DNA from: an uncultured Gemmataceae bacterium
Lineage (GTDB): Bacteria; Planctomycetota; Planctomycetia; Gemmatales; Gemmataceae
Length of the DNA stretch: 64,000 nt
NCBI GenBank assembly: GCA_963750165.1
Contig: CAVVPN010000012.1
Span: forward strand, 832,001 to 896,000
Reading direction: 5' to 3'
The stretch's first letter is position 1. Every line of letters begins with the position of its first letter. The position numbers were made by a program, and so were the translations under genes. The notes beneath the pieces are model-generated. The model was not told where the DNA came from. It made no database searches and saw only the letters and a list, made by a program, of their open reading frames with translations. Positions 44,275 to 54,221 of the stretch are shown here, one piece after another.

Positions 44275-45699
44275 GTGATACACCGCCGTCATCGCTACCG
44301 TCCCGCTTTGGAGTTTCTGGAGGACCGCACCTGCCCGACGCTGACGAAGGTCAGCCTGATCGCCGGCACTCTGACGATCACCGGCAGCCCGAGCGCCGGC
44401 AATGCGGTTGGGCAGGATCTCCTCATCCAGCGCGTGGCAGGCACCAACTTCAAAGTCCTCGACAACGCCGCCACGCCGATCAACTACGGCACCTTCACCG
44501 TCACCAACGGTCTGCGCCTCAACCTGACCTCGTTCACCACCGACATCAACATCGACCTCAACGCCGGCGTGCTGCCGGGCAGCGTTACCATCGACCTGGG
44601 CAACGGCGACGCGGACGCCATCGCCCCGGGCATGCTCGCGCCGCATCCGGTCAGCATCTACGACGGCAGCGGCATGAACACCGGCACCATCAACGGCGGC
44701 GTCACGGTGTTGCGCGGCTCGGGTCAGGAGGTGGTTGCCCTCGGCCAGATTGGCCCGCTGGACACCAACCCCACCGCCCACGCCATCCACATCAACGGCG
44801 GCGTCACCGCCACCGCCAGCACGCAGGGCGGCTTCGCGGGCAACAGCCTGTTCGTCGGCCCCGGCACTGTGGTCAACGGCAGCGTGTCCGACACGCAGTA
44901 CAGCCAGATGACGGTGGGCGCCTTCGGCTTCACGGGCGGCCAGGTGGGCGGCAGCTTGACGGTGAACCTCACCAACTCCCCCATCGGCGCCTCGGTGGTG
45001 GTGCTCGGCTTCGTCGGCGGCAACCTGTCGGTCAGCGGCAGCAACAACGGCGACTTTGTGGCGGTGCGCGACCCCAACCCGGGTGGGGCGGGCGACGTGC
45101 CGGGCAGCATCGGCGGCAGTTTCAGTGTCAACCTGGGCAGCGGCTTCAACCTGGTGGACATGGACCCGGCGACGTTCGTGGGCAAGAGCTTCAGTGTGAC
45201 GGCCGGCAACGGCACCACCCTGTTCGGGTCGCCGATCTTCGGCTTCGGCGGCACGGTCGGTGGCAGCATGACGCTGAACTTCGGCAACGGGCCCAACACG
45301 ATCCTGTTCGGCGGCACGGCCCTGATCGGTGGTAGTCTGAACCTGACCGTGGGCAACGGCGCCAACTCCATCGACCTGAATGGCACGGTAGCGGGCTCGG
45401 TGACCGCGACCACGGGCAACGGCACCAACACCTTCACGGTGGACACCGGGGCGCAGCTGCTCGGGCCGGTCGTGAACTTCAAGGGCGGCACCGGCAGCAA
45501 CACTGTGACCATCGCCAACGCCGTCAACAGCTTCGCCCTGCACGTCACCTTCACCAACGGCACGCGCGCGCTCGACCTGAGCGCCGTCACCGCGTTGGGC
45601 AGCACCATCATTGACTTCGGCATCGGCGGGGGGACCAAGACCTTGCTCAACTCCGCGGTCCCGGTCACGTGGATGGAGGTTATCAGGAATTACCCGTGA
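44275..45699 (+). CDS. Secreted Gly/Thr/Asn-rich beta-solenoid-like protein with a planctomycete extracellular leader
   Basis: N-terminal RRHRYRPALEFLEDRTCP; repeated (V/I)GGS(L/F/M)xVNxGNG units. Confidence 0.8.
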   Translation: MIHRRHRYRPALEFLEDRTCPTLTKVSLIAGTLTITGSPSAGNAVGQDLLIQRVAGTNFKVLDNAATPINYGTFTVTNGLRLNLTSFTTDINIDLNAGVLPGSVTIDLGNGDADAIAPGMLAPHPVSIYDGSGMNTGTINGGVTVLRGSGQEVVALGQIGPLDTNPTAHAIHINGGVTATASTQGGFAGNSLFVGPGTVVNGSVSDTQYSQMTVGAFGFTGGQVGGSLTVNLTNSPIGASVVVLGFVGGNLSVSGSNNGDFVAVRDPNPGGAGDVPGSIGGSFSVNLGSGFNLVDMDPATFVGKSFSVTAGNGTTLFGSPIFGFGGTVGGSMTLNFGNGPNTILFGGTALIGGSLNLTVGNGANSIDLNGTVAGSVTATTGNGTNTFTVDTGAQLLGPVVNFKGGTGSNTVTIANAVNSFALHVTFTNGTRALDLSAVTALGSTIIDFGIGGGTKTLLNSAVPVTWMEVIRNYP

Positions 45700-45725
45700 G
45701 TTGCTCGGTAGCAGCCCTGCGGCGC

Positions 45726-45791
45726 TTTCGTAGTGCGGTCGGCTCGTCTGCATAGGGAAGGGGTGCAGGCGGGCCGCCTGCACTGCGAAAG
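45726..45791. repeat. GTAGTGC-type REP hairpin
   Basis: CTTTCGTAGTGCGGTCGGCTCGTCTGCA ... TGCAGGCGGGCCGCCTGCACTGCGAAAG. Confidence 0.6.
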
Positions 45792-45823
45792 CACCGCAGG
45801 GCTGCTGTGTCTCTTCGGTCGTT

Positions 45824-47208
45824 TCAGGCGAACACCTCGATGGCCTTGATGATCTCATCCAGGTCGTTGGGCACCTGCACCGCTCGGTTGGCGAACGACG
45901 CACGCCGCACGCCGCGGTGGCCCAGCACCTCATCAAACGTCTTCTGGTCGGCGCTGTGATACGCGACCGTCGCCGTCGGATCCTTCAACTGATGCCCCGT
46001 CAGAATGCACACCACGCGCTCGTCAGCACCGATGACGCCCGCCTGACGCAGCTTCCGCGCTCCCGCCACGCTCGCCGCGGACGCTGGCTCGCAGCCCAGA
46101 CCGCAGGCGCCCACCTTGGCCTTGGCGTCCAGGATGTCCTGGTCGCTGACCTCGCGCACCACGCCGCCGCAGTGCTCCAGCGCCCGGAGCGCTTTCGGCA
46201 GATTCACCGGATGATTGATCTCGATGGCGCTGGCGATGGTCGCGGCCCGCGCCGCCAGGCCCTGGAAGTAGCCCTCGATAATGGTCCGGTCCGGCACACC
46301 CTGGTTCCAGCGCAAGTTGAGGCGGTCGTGCAGCTGGAAGAAGGTATTCGCCCCCGCCGCGTTGATGACCGCCAACCGCGGCACGCGCGTCAGCAGGCCC
46401 AGCTGCTGCAGCTCCATGAACGCCTTGCCGAAAGCGCTGACATTGCCGAGGTTGCCGCCCGGCACCACCACCCAGTCCGGCGGCTCCCGGCGCAGCGCCT
46501 CCAGGACGCGGTACATGATCGTTTTCTGACCTTCGAGCCGAAACGGGTTGATGCTGTTGACGAGGTAGATGCCGAGCTTACGCGCCACCTGCTGCACGCG
46601 CTGCATGGCGTCGTCAAAGTCACCGGCGATCTGCACCGTCAGCGCCCCGTGGTCGAGCGCCTGCGCCAGCTTGCCGTAGGAAATCTTGCCGCTGCCGATG
46701 AAGATGATGGCCCGCATGAGCCCGGTCGCGGAGCAGAAGACCGCCAGCGACGCCGAGGTGTTGCCGGTGCTGGCGCACGCCGCCCGTCGCGCCCGACCAG
46801 CCGCGCGTGCGTGAATGCCGCGGTCATGCCGTTGTCCTTGAAGCTGCCCGAGGGGTTCATGCCCTCGTACTGCAGGAACAGCCGGCCCGCGTTCATGCCG
46901 ACGTAGTTCGCCAGCAAGTCGGCGCACTGCAGAATGGTCTGACCCTCGCCGATGGTCATCACGCACTCGGGCGGCGCGAACGGCAGCAGTTCGCGGAAGC
47001 GCCAGACGCCGCTGAAGCTGAGCGGGTTGGCGCGGTCGGCCCACTTGCTCTCGAACCAGGACAGCGCGGACGGTGGACGCAGCCGGTCCCAGTCGTAGGC
47101 CACGTCGAGCAGGCCGCCGCAGCGCGGACAGACGAAACTCGTCTCGTCCACCGCGCAGGCGGCGGCGCAGGCGGGGTTGATGCAGCGCTGAAAGACGACA
47201 TCCGCCAT
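45824..47208 (-). CDS. thrC: Threonine synthase (frameshift near 46790)
   Basis: [60 protein letters not shown]. Confidence 0.93.
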
Positions 47209-47212
47209 GACG

Positions 47213-48585
47213 TCAGTAATCCTTGGTTGAGAACCACCAGCAGGCAACGCCCACAAACAGGACGATGTACGCCAGCGACACGGTGAGGGTTTCCCACCAG
47301 TGGATCTCGCGCAGGGCGATGGCCTCGGCCAACGGACCGGAGACGAGGTCTGCCAGGAGCAGTTTACTGCCCAGCGCGTCGAGTTCGGTGGTGCGCGGCG
47401 TCACGAAGTGGATGGCCCGGAAGGCCTGGCCCCAGGCGTTATCGCCCCAGCGCTGGCTTTCGGGGATGTTCTCCTTGATCTCCATTTGCCGACGGTTGTC
47501 GAACACGCCGTGAACCGATCCGATCACGAAGAACACAAACCAGGCGGCACAGGTCGCCAGGATGGCAACGACCGCGCTGCGCGTTAGCACGGACACGAAC
47601 GTCGAGACCGCGTACAGGATGGCGAAGAAGAACGTGAAGACGAAAATCATCAGCAGGAACGTGTTGGCCCAGACGCCGGAACGCAGCCCCAGGGCCAGCC
47701 AGATGCCGAGCAGGGCCACCGCGGTGTTGAGGAACACGAACGTTAGACCGCCGATGTATTTGTAGACCAGCAAGAGCCAGCGATGGATGGGTTTGACGAC
47801 TAACAGGTCCACGGTGCCCTTGCGCAGCATGTTGGGGATGAAAAAGGCGGTGATGATGACACTGATGAGCAGCGTCACCAGCGAACCGATCCACAGCACG
47901 ATGGAGGCCAGAATCCACAACGCCATGCCCAGCGGCGCCCGCGCGTGAACGTGAGCGGCATGTAGCCGAAGAACAGCCCGACTTCCGTCGGCCAGATGCG
48001 GTGCGTGGCGGCTGTGGGGGCGGTGTCCATTTCCAGGAAAACGCCTTCGGCGCGCTTCTCGGGGGTGCTGTCCCTGGCGAACTTGTTCTGGTCGTTGTCC
48101 GCCACACGCAGGTCGGTGATTTTGAAGATCTCGTATTCTTCCACCTTGCCAAGGTCGCGGCGCATCTCCGGGATCCGGTCGCTGAACGATTTGCGGGCCG
48201 CGGCGGCGAAGTTCCTGTCGCCCAGGTCCACGTAGAAGGTCACGCGGTATTCGCTGCTCGGCGAATCAGGGTTGCCCTTGAGCAGTTCCACCCCCTGATA
48301 GACCGGCTCCGCGTGCCTCGGCCGGCGCCGGATGATATTCCCGTTCTGGTCGAATTCGACGTGCTCCGGTGGCGGAGGTTCCATCTGCGCCCCGCGGTTA
48401 TTTTTTTTCAGAGGCAAGCCGCCACGGTTGAACATGGAACTGAAGGCCTCGTCCGCCTTGAGGGGTGTGAAGGACATGGTCAGCATGAACAGCGTGATTA
48501 ACAGCGACATGGCGACCAGGGCGTAAATCACCTTGCTGTCGATCGCCTCGCGGAACGAGTCGCGCAGGATGGCCAGGTATTTCAT
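47213..48585 (-). CDS. ABC-2 type transporter permease (frameshift near 47935)
   Basis: ILRDSFREA, GTVDLLVVKPIHRW, C-terminal FSTKDY. Confidence 0.85.
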
Positions 48586-48647
48586 GGGTGCAAAAATCCT
48601 GTCAGGGGCGGCAAGAGCTGGGGATGTTAGTTGTGGGTTGCAGCGTG

Positions 48648-49670
48648 TTAGCGGTAACGCTCCTCGGAGCCACGGCGGCGCGGTTCCCGGCGGTCGTAGT
48701 CGTCGTCATCACGGTCGCGGTCGCGCCGCGGCGGACGGCGGTCGCGCGGCCGATCCACGCCCGGCTCGGCGGAGTCCACTGTCGCCATGAACAACTCTTC
48801 CAGCGTCTGCCGCTTCTCGACCAGGTGCCGGATGCTCAACTGCCGCGACCGCAGCAGATCGACCACCACGTCAATGCTCTGGTCCGCCGTCAACTCCAGC
48901 TGCCAGAGGTCGCCCACCGGCACGGCCGCGAAGCCTATCTGCGACAGCTCCGCCTCGGGGAACGCCTGGCCCTCCGCTAGCCGAATTTGGTAGCGGCCCA
49001 CCTGCCGCGTCAGCGTCTCGATGTCGCCCTCACGGATCATCTCGCCGCGCTGCAGGATCGCCACGCGGTCGCAGATCAGCTCGACCTCGCCCAGCAGGTG
49101 CGAGTTGATGAAGATGGTCTTGCCCTGCTCGCGCAGCCGCAACAGGATTTCGCGGATTTCGCGGCGGCCTACCGGATCGACGCCGTCGGTCGGCTCGTCG
49201 AGGAAGATGATGGCCGGGTCGTGGAACAGCGCCTGGGCGATGCCGACACGCTGCTTCATGCCCTTGGAGTAGGTGCGAATCTTGTAGTGCATGCGGCCCT
49301 TGATGCCGACCATCTCCAGGTAGTGCGGAATGCGCTTCTGCCGCTCCGGCCGACTCACGCCCAGCAGGCAGCCGTAGAAGTCGAGCAGGCTGTAAGCGCT
49401 GTGGTAGTCGGGGAAGCGGTGGTCCTCGGGCAGGTAGCCGACCTGCTTGCGCACCGCCACGTCGCCGGCCTCCGCGCCCAGCAGGCTGGCCTCGCCCTCC
49501 CAGCCGCGGGCCACGCCGAGCAGGATTTTGATGAGCGTCGTCTTGCCGGCGCCGTTCTGGCCGAGCAGGCCGAAGATGTTACCCGGCGCCACCTTCAACG
49601 TCACGCCGCGCAGCGCCTGGATGTTGCCGTAGTTCTTGACCAGGTTGCGCGTCTCGATCACCGCGGACAT
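48648..49670 (-). CDS. ABC transporter ATP-binding protein
   Basis: GQNGAGKT, YSKGMKQR, FLDEPT, NSH. Confidence 0.93.
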   Translation of the reverse strand: MSAVIETRNLVKNYGNIQALRGVTLKVAPGNIFGLLGQNGAGKTTLIKILLGVARGWEGEASLLGAEAGDVAVRKQVGYLPEDHRFPDYHSAYSLLDFYGCLLGVSRPERQKRIPHYLEMVGIKGRMHYKIRTYSKGMKQRVGIAQALFHDPAIIFLDEPTDGVDPVGRREIREILLRLREQGKTIFINSHLLGEVELICDRVAILQRGEMIREGDIETLTRQVGRYQIRLAEGQAFPEAELSQIGFAAVPVGDLWQLELTADQSIDVVVDLLRSRQLSIRHLVEKRQTLEELFMATVDSAEPGVDRPRDRRPPRRDRDRDDDDYDRREPRRRGSEERYR

Positions 49671-49780
49671 GAGCGTCACTCCCAAGGGGTTGGCCTTGCA
49701 CGAACGGCGTCAAGTTTACCACGCCGTGGCGCTGTGTGTAACCGTTATTCGTTGCGGGGACGGGAATCTTCACCGTACCG

Positions 49781-49859
49781 GCCGAGCGGGGTCGCGTCAG
49801 CGCCCCGTGCGCGTGCCACAGCTCGCTCTGCCACGCGGCGCTGACGCGACCCCGCTCGC
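49781..49859. repeat. REP family A variant hairpin
   Basis: CGAGCGGGGTCGCGTCAGCGCC ... GGCGCTGACGCGACCCCGCTCG. Confidence 0.8.
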
Positions 49860-49866
49860 TCTGGAG

Positions 49867-51090
49867 TCACCCGTTCGCCACGTCCTGGAACCCGAACGGC
49901 GCCTCCGCGTCGGCGCTGCGGACGAACATCGCCCGCCGCCCCTGCAGCACCGCCAGCAGCTCCGGCAGCACATGGACCGCCCGCCAACCGCGGGTCAGCG
50001 ACGTGTCCTCCGGCAGCGGCTGCCGCGCCCGGTGGGCCTTGACCAGCGCCTTCACGTCCGCGTTGCTGGCGACCAGCGGCGTCGCCAGGTGGTTGCGCAC
50101 GCACCAGTCGCCGAGCACCGCCACCAGCAGGTTGACCAGCCACGTCAACTGCGGCGGATCCTGCTCGCGCTCCGCCACCGTCGGCCACGTCTCCGGCGGC
50201 AGCGCCTGCGCCCGCTGCACCGTGTCGATGATCGCTTGCAGGTCGCGCCGCGCCAGGCCGCGCACCACGTGCAGGTCGCGCTCCTTCGCCGGGATGCGCC
50301 GCGCGATCTCGATCAGCAAATCATCCCGGACGACGGTGCGCGGCGGTCGGTTGACGCGCGCCGCCGCCTCCTCGCGCCAGTGGAACAGTTCGCGGACAAT
50401 GGCCAGCCGCTTGCGGTCCAGCGCGCCGAGGCCGCGCAGCTTGCGCCACTTGTCGGCGCTGACGGTGACGCCCGCCTCGTCCGGTGTGCTGTTCACGGCC
50501 AGGCGGCCGAACTCCTCCCTGGCCCACTCCTGCCGGCCCAGTTCGTCGAGCCGCGCCGACAGCTTGCGCCACAGTGCCAGCAGGTAGCGCACGTCATCGT
50601 AGGCGTAGTGAATCTGCGAGCGCGTCAGCGGCCGGGTGTGCCAGTTGGTGAGCGTCTCGCCCTTGTCGAGGCGGACGCCGAGCAGTTGTTTGACCAGCGG
50701 GCCGTGGCCGATGGGGTACTGCAAGCCGACCAGGCCCGCGGCGATCTGCAGGTCGAACAGGTTCGCGGGCGTGCGGCCGCTGAGCAAATGGCACAGGCGC
50801 ACTTCCTCGCGGCCGGCATGGACGATGATCTGCCGTTCCGGGTGGACGATGACGTTCCAGAAGGCGTCGAGCGGCCCGACGGTGAACGGGTCGATGAGGT
50901 ACAGCGCGTCGGGCGCCGCGACCTGAATCAGGCACAGGTTGGGATGGTACGACTCTTCGCCGACGAACTCGGTGTCGAGTCCGAGGCGCGGGCAGGCGGC
51001 GAGATGTTGACAGCACGCGGCCAATTCGTCCGGCTGGGTCACCAGCACTTCGCGGACAGGTGAGACATCATCACTCGAAGAACGACGCAT
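49867..51090 (-). CDS. rnd: Ribonuclease D (3'-5' exonuclease plus HRDC)
   Basis: LDTEF, LCLIQVA, FDLQIAA, WHTRPLT..QIHYAYDDV, WREEAA..NRPP. Confidence 0.9.
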   Translation of the reverse strand: MRRSSSDDVSPVREVLVTQPDELAACCQHLAACPRLGLDTEFVGEESYHPNLCLIQVAAPDALYLIDPFTVGPLDAFWNVIVHPERQIIVHAGREEVRLCHLLSGRTPANLFDLQIAAGLVGLQYPIGHGPLVKQLLGVRLDKGETLTNWHTRPLTRSQIHYAYDDVRYLLALWRKLSARLDELGRQEWAREEFGRLAVNSTPDEAGVTVSADKWRKLRGLGALDRKRLAIVRELFHWREEAAARVNRPPRTVVRDDLLIEIARRIPAKERDLHVVRGLARRDLQAIIDTVQRAQALPPETWPTVAEREQDPPQLTWLVNLLVAVLGDWCVRNHLATPLVASNADVKALVKAHRARQPLPEDTSLTRGWRAVHVLPELLAVLQGRRAMFVRSADAEAPFGFQDVANG

Positions 51091-51192
51091 CAGCTCCACT
51101 TCCAGCAACGGCAGCGCTCCGGGGGCTTCCACAGCCTTGATTGTAGGGCAGCGCGGAAGGCGAGTCCACCGTAGCCGTTCCCGCAACACCTC

Positions 51193-51260
51193 GGCGATCG
51201 GCGCGACGTCAGCCCGCCGTGTCGGAGACTGCACGGCGGCCTGACGCCGCGCCGCTCGCC
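51193..51260. repeat. REP family A hairpin
   Basis: GGCGATCGGCGCGACGTCAGCCCGCCGTG ... CACGGCGGCCTGACGCCGCGCCGCTCGCC. Confidence 0.85.
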
Positions 51261-51274
51261 GGGGCCGTCGCCAT

Positions 51275-52076
51275 TTATCCCCCGGCGTCGCGGACGCCCC
51301 AACCGCCGTCCACCGGCAACACCACACCGGTGAGCAGCCGTGCCTCGTCGCTGCACAGGAAGACCGCCGCCTCGGCACAGTCGGCGGGCTGCCCGGGGCC
51401 TTCGGCCAGCGGTTGCTTGCGCGAGGAAGTGCCGGATGTCCGGGTCGGCGGTGGCGCGGGCGGCCGCGGGCGTGTCGATGAGGCCGGGAGCCAGGACGTT
51501 GACGCGAATGCCGTCGGCGGCGTAGCGAGCCGCGGCGTAGCGGCTCAGGGCGATGACGCCCCCCTTGGCCGTGGCGTAGGCGGCGGTGTCGAAGAAGTCC
51601 GGCGCCGGGTCGAACGCCAGCACGCTGGCCATGTTCAGGATGACGCCGGGCTGTTGCTCCTGGAGAAAGTGGCTCACCGCGGCGCGGTTGGTGAGGAAGG
51701 TGCTGTAGAGATTGAGGTCGATGGTACACAGCCAGCCGTCGTCTGTGCAGGTGTGCAGTGGGCCATCGCCGAACTGTCGGCCACTGCCGCCGGCGACGTG
51801 AAAGAGCACGTCGAGACCGCCAAGGAGCTTCAGCGTTTGTTCGAACAAGTGCCGCACCTGCTCGGGGTCGGTGGCGTCGGCGGTGGCGGCCCAGACGTGC
51901 CACTCCGAGGGGCAGCTGAGCCGCAGTTCATCGAGGGCGTCCTGCGGGCTGGGTTCGGGCAGCCCGGCAATGACGACCGACGCCCCCTCGTCCAGGAAGC
52001 GCTCGGCGGCGGCCAGGCCGATGCCCGAGGTGCCGCCGACGATTAGACAGCGCTTGTCCGCCAGCCGCCCGGCCAT
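51275..52076 (-). CDS. SDR-family oxidoreductase (frameshift near 51420)
   Basis: GGTSGIG, YATAKGG, IRVNVLAPGLIDT, LTGVVLPVDGGW. Confidence 0.9.
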
Positions 52077-52099
52077 GATCCCCCTCCGATCAGAACGAT

Positions 52100-52195
52100 T
52101 CACCACAAAGACACCAAGAACACAAAGAAGACATAAACACAATAATCGCCGTTCTCTTCGGTCTTTCCTTTGTGTTCTTGGTGTCTTTGTGGTGA
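52100..52195. repeat. 9-mer tandem-repeat hairpin (CACAAAGA type)
   Basis: TCACCACAAAGACACCAAGAACACAAAG-AAGAC ... GTCTT-TC-CTTTGTGTTCTTGGTGTCTTTGTGGTGA. Confidence 0.9.
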
Positions 52196-52196
52196 G

Positions 52197-52994
52197 TCAT
52201 TCTCCCTGTCGCCCATACAGTGGCGCCACGCTGCGCGCGTACTGCGTGTAGAAGAACTCCAGCTGCTCCTCGACGCTGCGGCTGCCGACGAACTGATGGC
52301 TCGGCAGAAACACCGGCTCAACACCACGGTCCAGCAGCCGCTGCGCCACCTCGCAGCGCAACAGGTTCATGACCATCGCGCCGCCGAGCGTGCTGAACGG
52401 CCCCGTCTTGTTCGTGCAGCCCGCCAGCGCCAGCAGCGAATCGCCGACCGGCGCCCCATTATCGAGCACCACGTCCACCACGTCCATTAACTTCTTGCCC
52501 GACGGGTGCGCCGGCCTGGCCTGTTCGCAGTGCGCCTTGCTGACGACGCCAATCACCGCCAGACCGCGCTGTTTCGCGCCCTCCGCCATCTCAATAATGA
52601 CTTCGCGGATGCCGCTTGTCGAGATGACAATCATCACGTCCTTGGGGCCGAAGCGGAAGTTGCGCAGAATCTGCTCGGCGTAGCCGAGGGTCTTCTCCAG
52701 GTGCAGGCTCTGCCGCAGACCGTTGGGGCCGACGATGAGATTGTGGAACGTCAGACCGAGTTCGACGATGGTGTGCCAGCCAACGAAGCAGCCCTGGCGC
52801 GGCGTCATTTCCTCGCAGAGCATACGGCTGTGACCGCAGCCGAACAGGTGGACGAGGCCGCCGACGGCGATGGCGTCGGTGCAGAGCGCCGCGGCACGGT
52901 CGAGTTCGGCACGCTGGCCGTCGAGCAGCCCCTGGAGGCGACGCAGGGCCTCGTGATAAAATTCCTCGGCGGCGCGGAGGGTTGGCGTCGGCAT
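52197..52994 (-). CDS. SIS-domain (sugar isomerase) protein
   Basis: VHLFGCGHS, IVISTSG, HPSGKKL, VVLDNGAPVGD. Confidence 0.85.
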   Translation of the reverse strand: MPTPTLRAAEEFYHEALRRLQGLLDGQRAELDRAAALCTDAIAVGGLVHLFGCGHSRMLCEEMTPRQGCFVGWHTIVELGLTFHNLIVGPNGLRQSLHLEKTLGYAEQILRNFRFGPKDVMIVISTSGIREVIIEMAEGAKQRGLAVIGVVSKAHCEQARPAHPSGKKLMDVVDVVLDNGAPVGDSLLALAGCTNKTGPFSTLGGAMVMNLLRCEVAQRLLDRGVEPVFLPSHQFVGSRSVEEQLEFFYTQYARSVAPLYGRQGE

Positions 52995-53006
52995 GGGATT
53001 TCTCTT

Positions 53007-53064
53007 CGTGGGGCAGACATTCCTGTCTGCCGGTGACCTGGCAGACAGGAATGTCTGCCCCACG
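53007..53064. repeat. GTGGGGCAGACATTCCTGTCTGCC REP doublet
   Basis: Inverted pair of internally palindromic units. Confidence 0.88.
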
Positions 53065-53095
53065 TTTAGCCTAGCAAGCGGCGCGAGGTGCGGAC

Positions 53096-53359
53096 ATGCT
53101 GGACGAGTTCATCGGCCGAAAAGTAGTGATCGACCTGCGCAGCCCGTTCGTGTGTCTGGGCACGCTCAGTCGGGTGAGCGAGCACTTCTTGGAGGTGCGC
53201 AACGCCGACCTGCACGACCTGCGCGACACCGAGACGACGCGCGAGAACTACGTCGCGGCGTCGCAGGCCACCGGCATCAAGCGCAACCGCAAGCGCGTGG
53301 TGGTGGCGCGCGCCGAGGTGGTGGCGCTGTCGGCGCTGGAGGATGTGGTGGACGAGTGA
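53096..53359 (+). CDS. Small protein with an Sm/LSm-like pattern
   Basis: GAGG RBS; LDEFIGRKVVIDL..GTLSRVSEHFLEVRNAD...RVVVARAEVVALS. Confidence 0.65.
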   Translation: MLDEFIGRKVVIDLRSPFVCLGTLSRVSEHFLEVRNADLHDLRDTETTRENYVAASQATGIKRNRKRVVVARAEVVALSALEDVVDE

Positions 53360-53376
53360 CCGCCGGCGCCCGGCGT

Positions 53377-53796
53377 TCAACGGTGCCGCTGAAAATCGCT
53401 CCTGGGAACGCGGAATCCACCCGCTTGCGGGTCGCCGAAGTAAACGGCCTCCGGTGTCCAGGTCACTTTGCCCCATTTTTTCTGGGCCTCGACAAAACTG
53501 CTGGCGTGACCGATGGTGCCCAAGTCGTATAAATAGTCCGACCCGTTGCTCGGCCGGCCGATCAGGATCTGGACCTTGACGACAACGGCATCCCCGTCCG
53601 GTTCCACGAAGGCGTGAGCGCCGTAAAAGGACGCGAACTGCTCGCCCTGGTCGCCGTCGCCCCAGTCCAGCACGAGCGTGCGGCCCACCATGCCCGTGCC
53701 GTCTTCCGAACCGCGCAGCCAGCCGAGGACGAAGCCGAGCCCGACGCCGATCAGCACCAACAACAAACAGCCGAAGACGGTCGCCCAGCGTTTCAT
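53377..53796 (-). CDS. Hypothetical membrane-anchored protein
   Basis: N-terminal TM helix; plausible composition. Confidence 0.6.
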   Translation of the reverse strand: MKRWATVFGCLLLVLIGVGLGFVLGWLRGSEDGTGMVGRTLVLDWGDGDQGEQFASFYGAHAFVEPDGDAVVVKVQILIGRPSNGSDYLYDLGTIGHASSFVEAQKKWGKVTWTPEAVYFGDPQAGGFRVPRSDFQRHR

Positions 53797-53834
53797 AATA
53801 AATCCCCAGGTACGGAACAGGCACCGCAGCCTAC

Positions 53835-54221
53835 TCAGTCCCCCAACACCTCCGGCATTTCCGCGCTGGTGCGAAACTCCTCAGCGCTGACCGCCCCCTG
53901 TTCCGTCACCACCTCTCCGCCGCCGATCGCCGCGCACGCCCACGCCACGGCGTTCCACAGCTGCCGCAGCCCCGCGTCGGCGTTGCCCCACGTCACCACA
54001 GCCAGCGTGTCTTCGCTGCGGCGCAGCGTCACCATGCCCTGCGGCGCCGCGACGCGTAGCTCGCGCCAACCGGGCGCCGGGTCCTCGTCGGGAAAGGCCA
54101 GTTCGCCGTCGATCATCCGCAGTTGCAGCGGGTAGCCGCGCCCGGCCAGGAAGTCGCGCAGCGCATCCCAGGTCACGCCGCCCGCCGGCCGCACCGTATG
54201 CTCCATGCCCATGTCGCTCAC
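53835..54221 (-). CDS. Hypothetical protein
   Basis: Overlaps the dipeptidase stop (GTGA); LRMIDGELAFPDE..WRELR. Confidence 0.7.
   Translation of the reverse strand: MSDMGMEHTVRPAGGVTWDALRDFLAGRGYPLQLRMIDGELAFPDEDPAPGWRELRVAAPQGMVTLRRSEDTLAVVTWGNADAGLRQLWNAVAWACAAIGGGEVVTEQGAVSAEEFRTSAEMPEVLGD

Noticed and set aside
46780..46800. Programmed frameshifting in thrC or other split genes
   Set aside because: No slippery heptamers at the junctions I inspected; the indels are scattered and fit sequencing error.
49867..51903. Apparent 678-aa RNase D fusion
   Set aside because: The N-terminal extension is off-frame SDR and REP sequence; the real start is about 51090.
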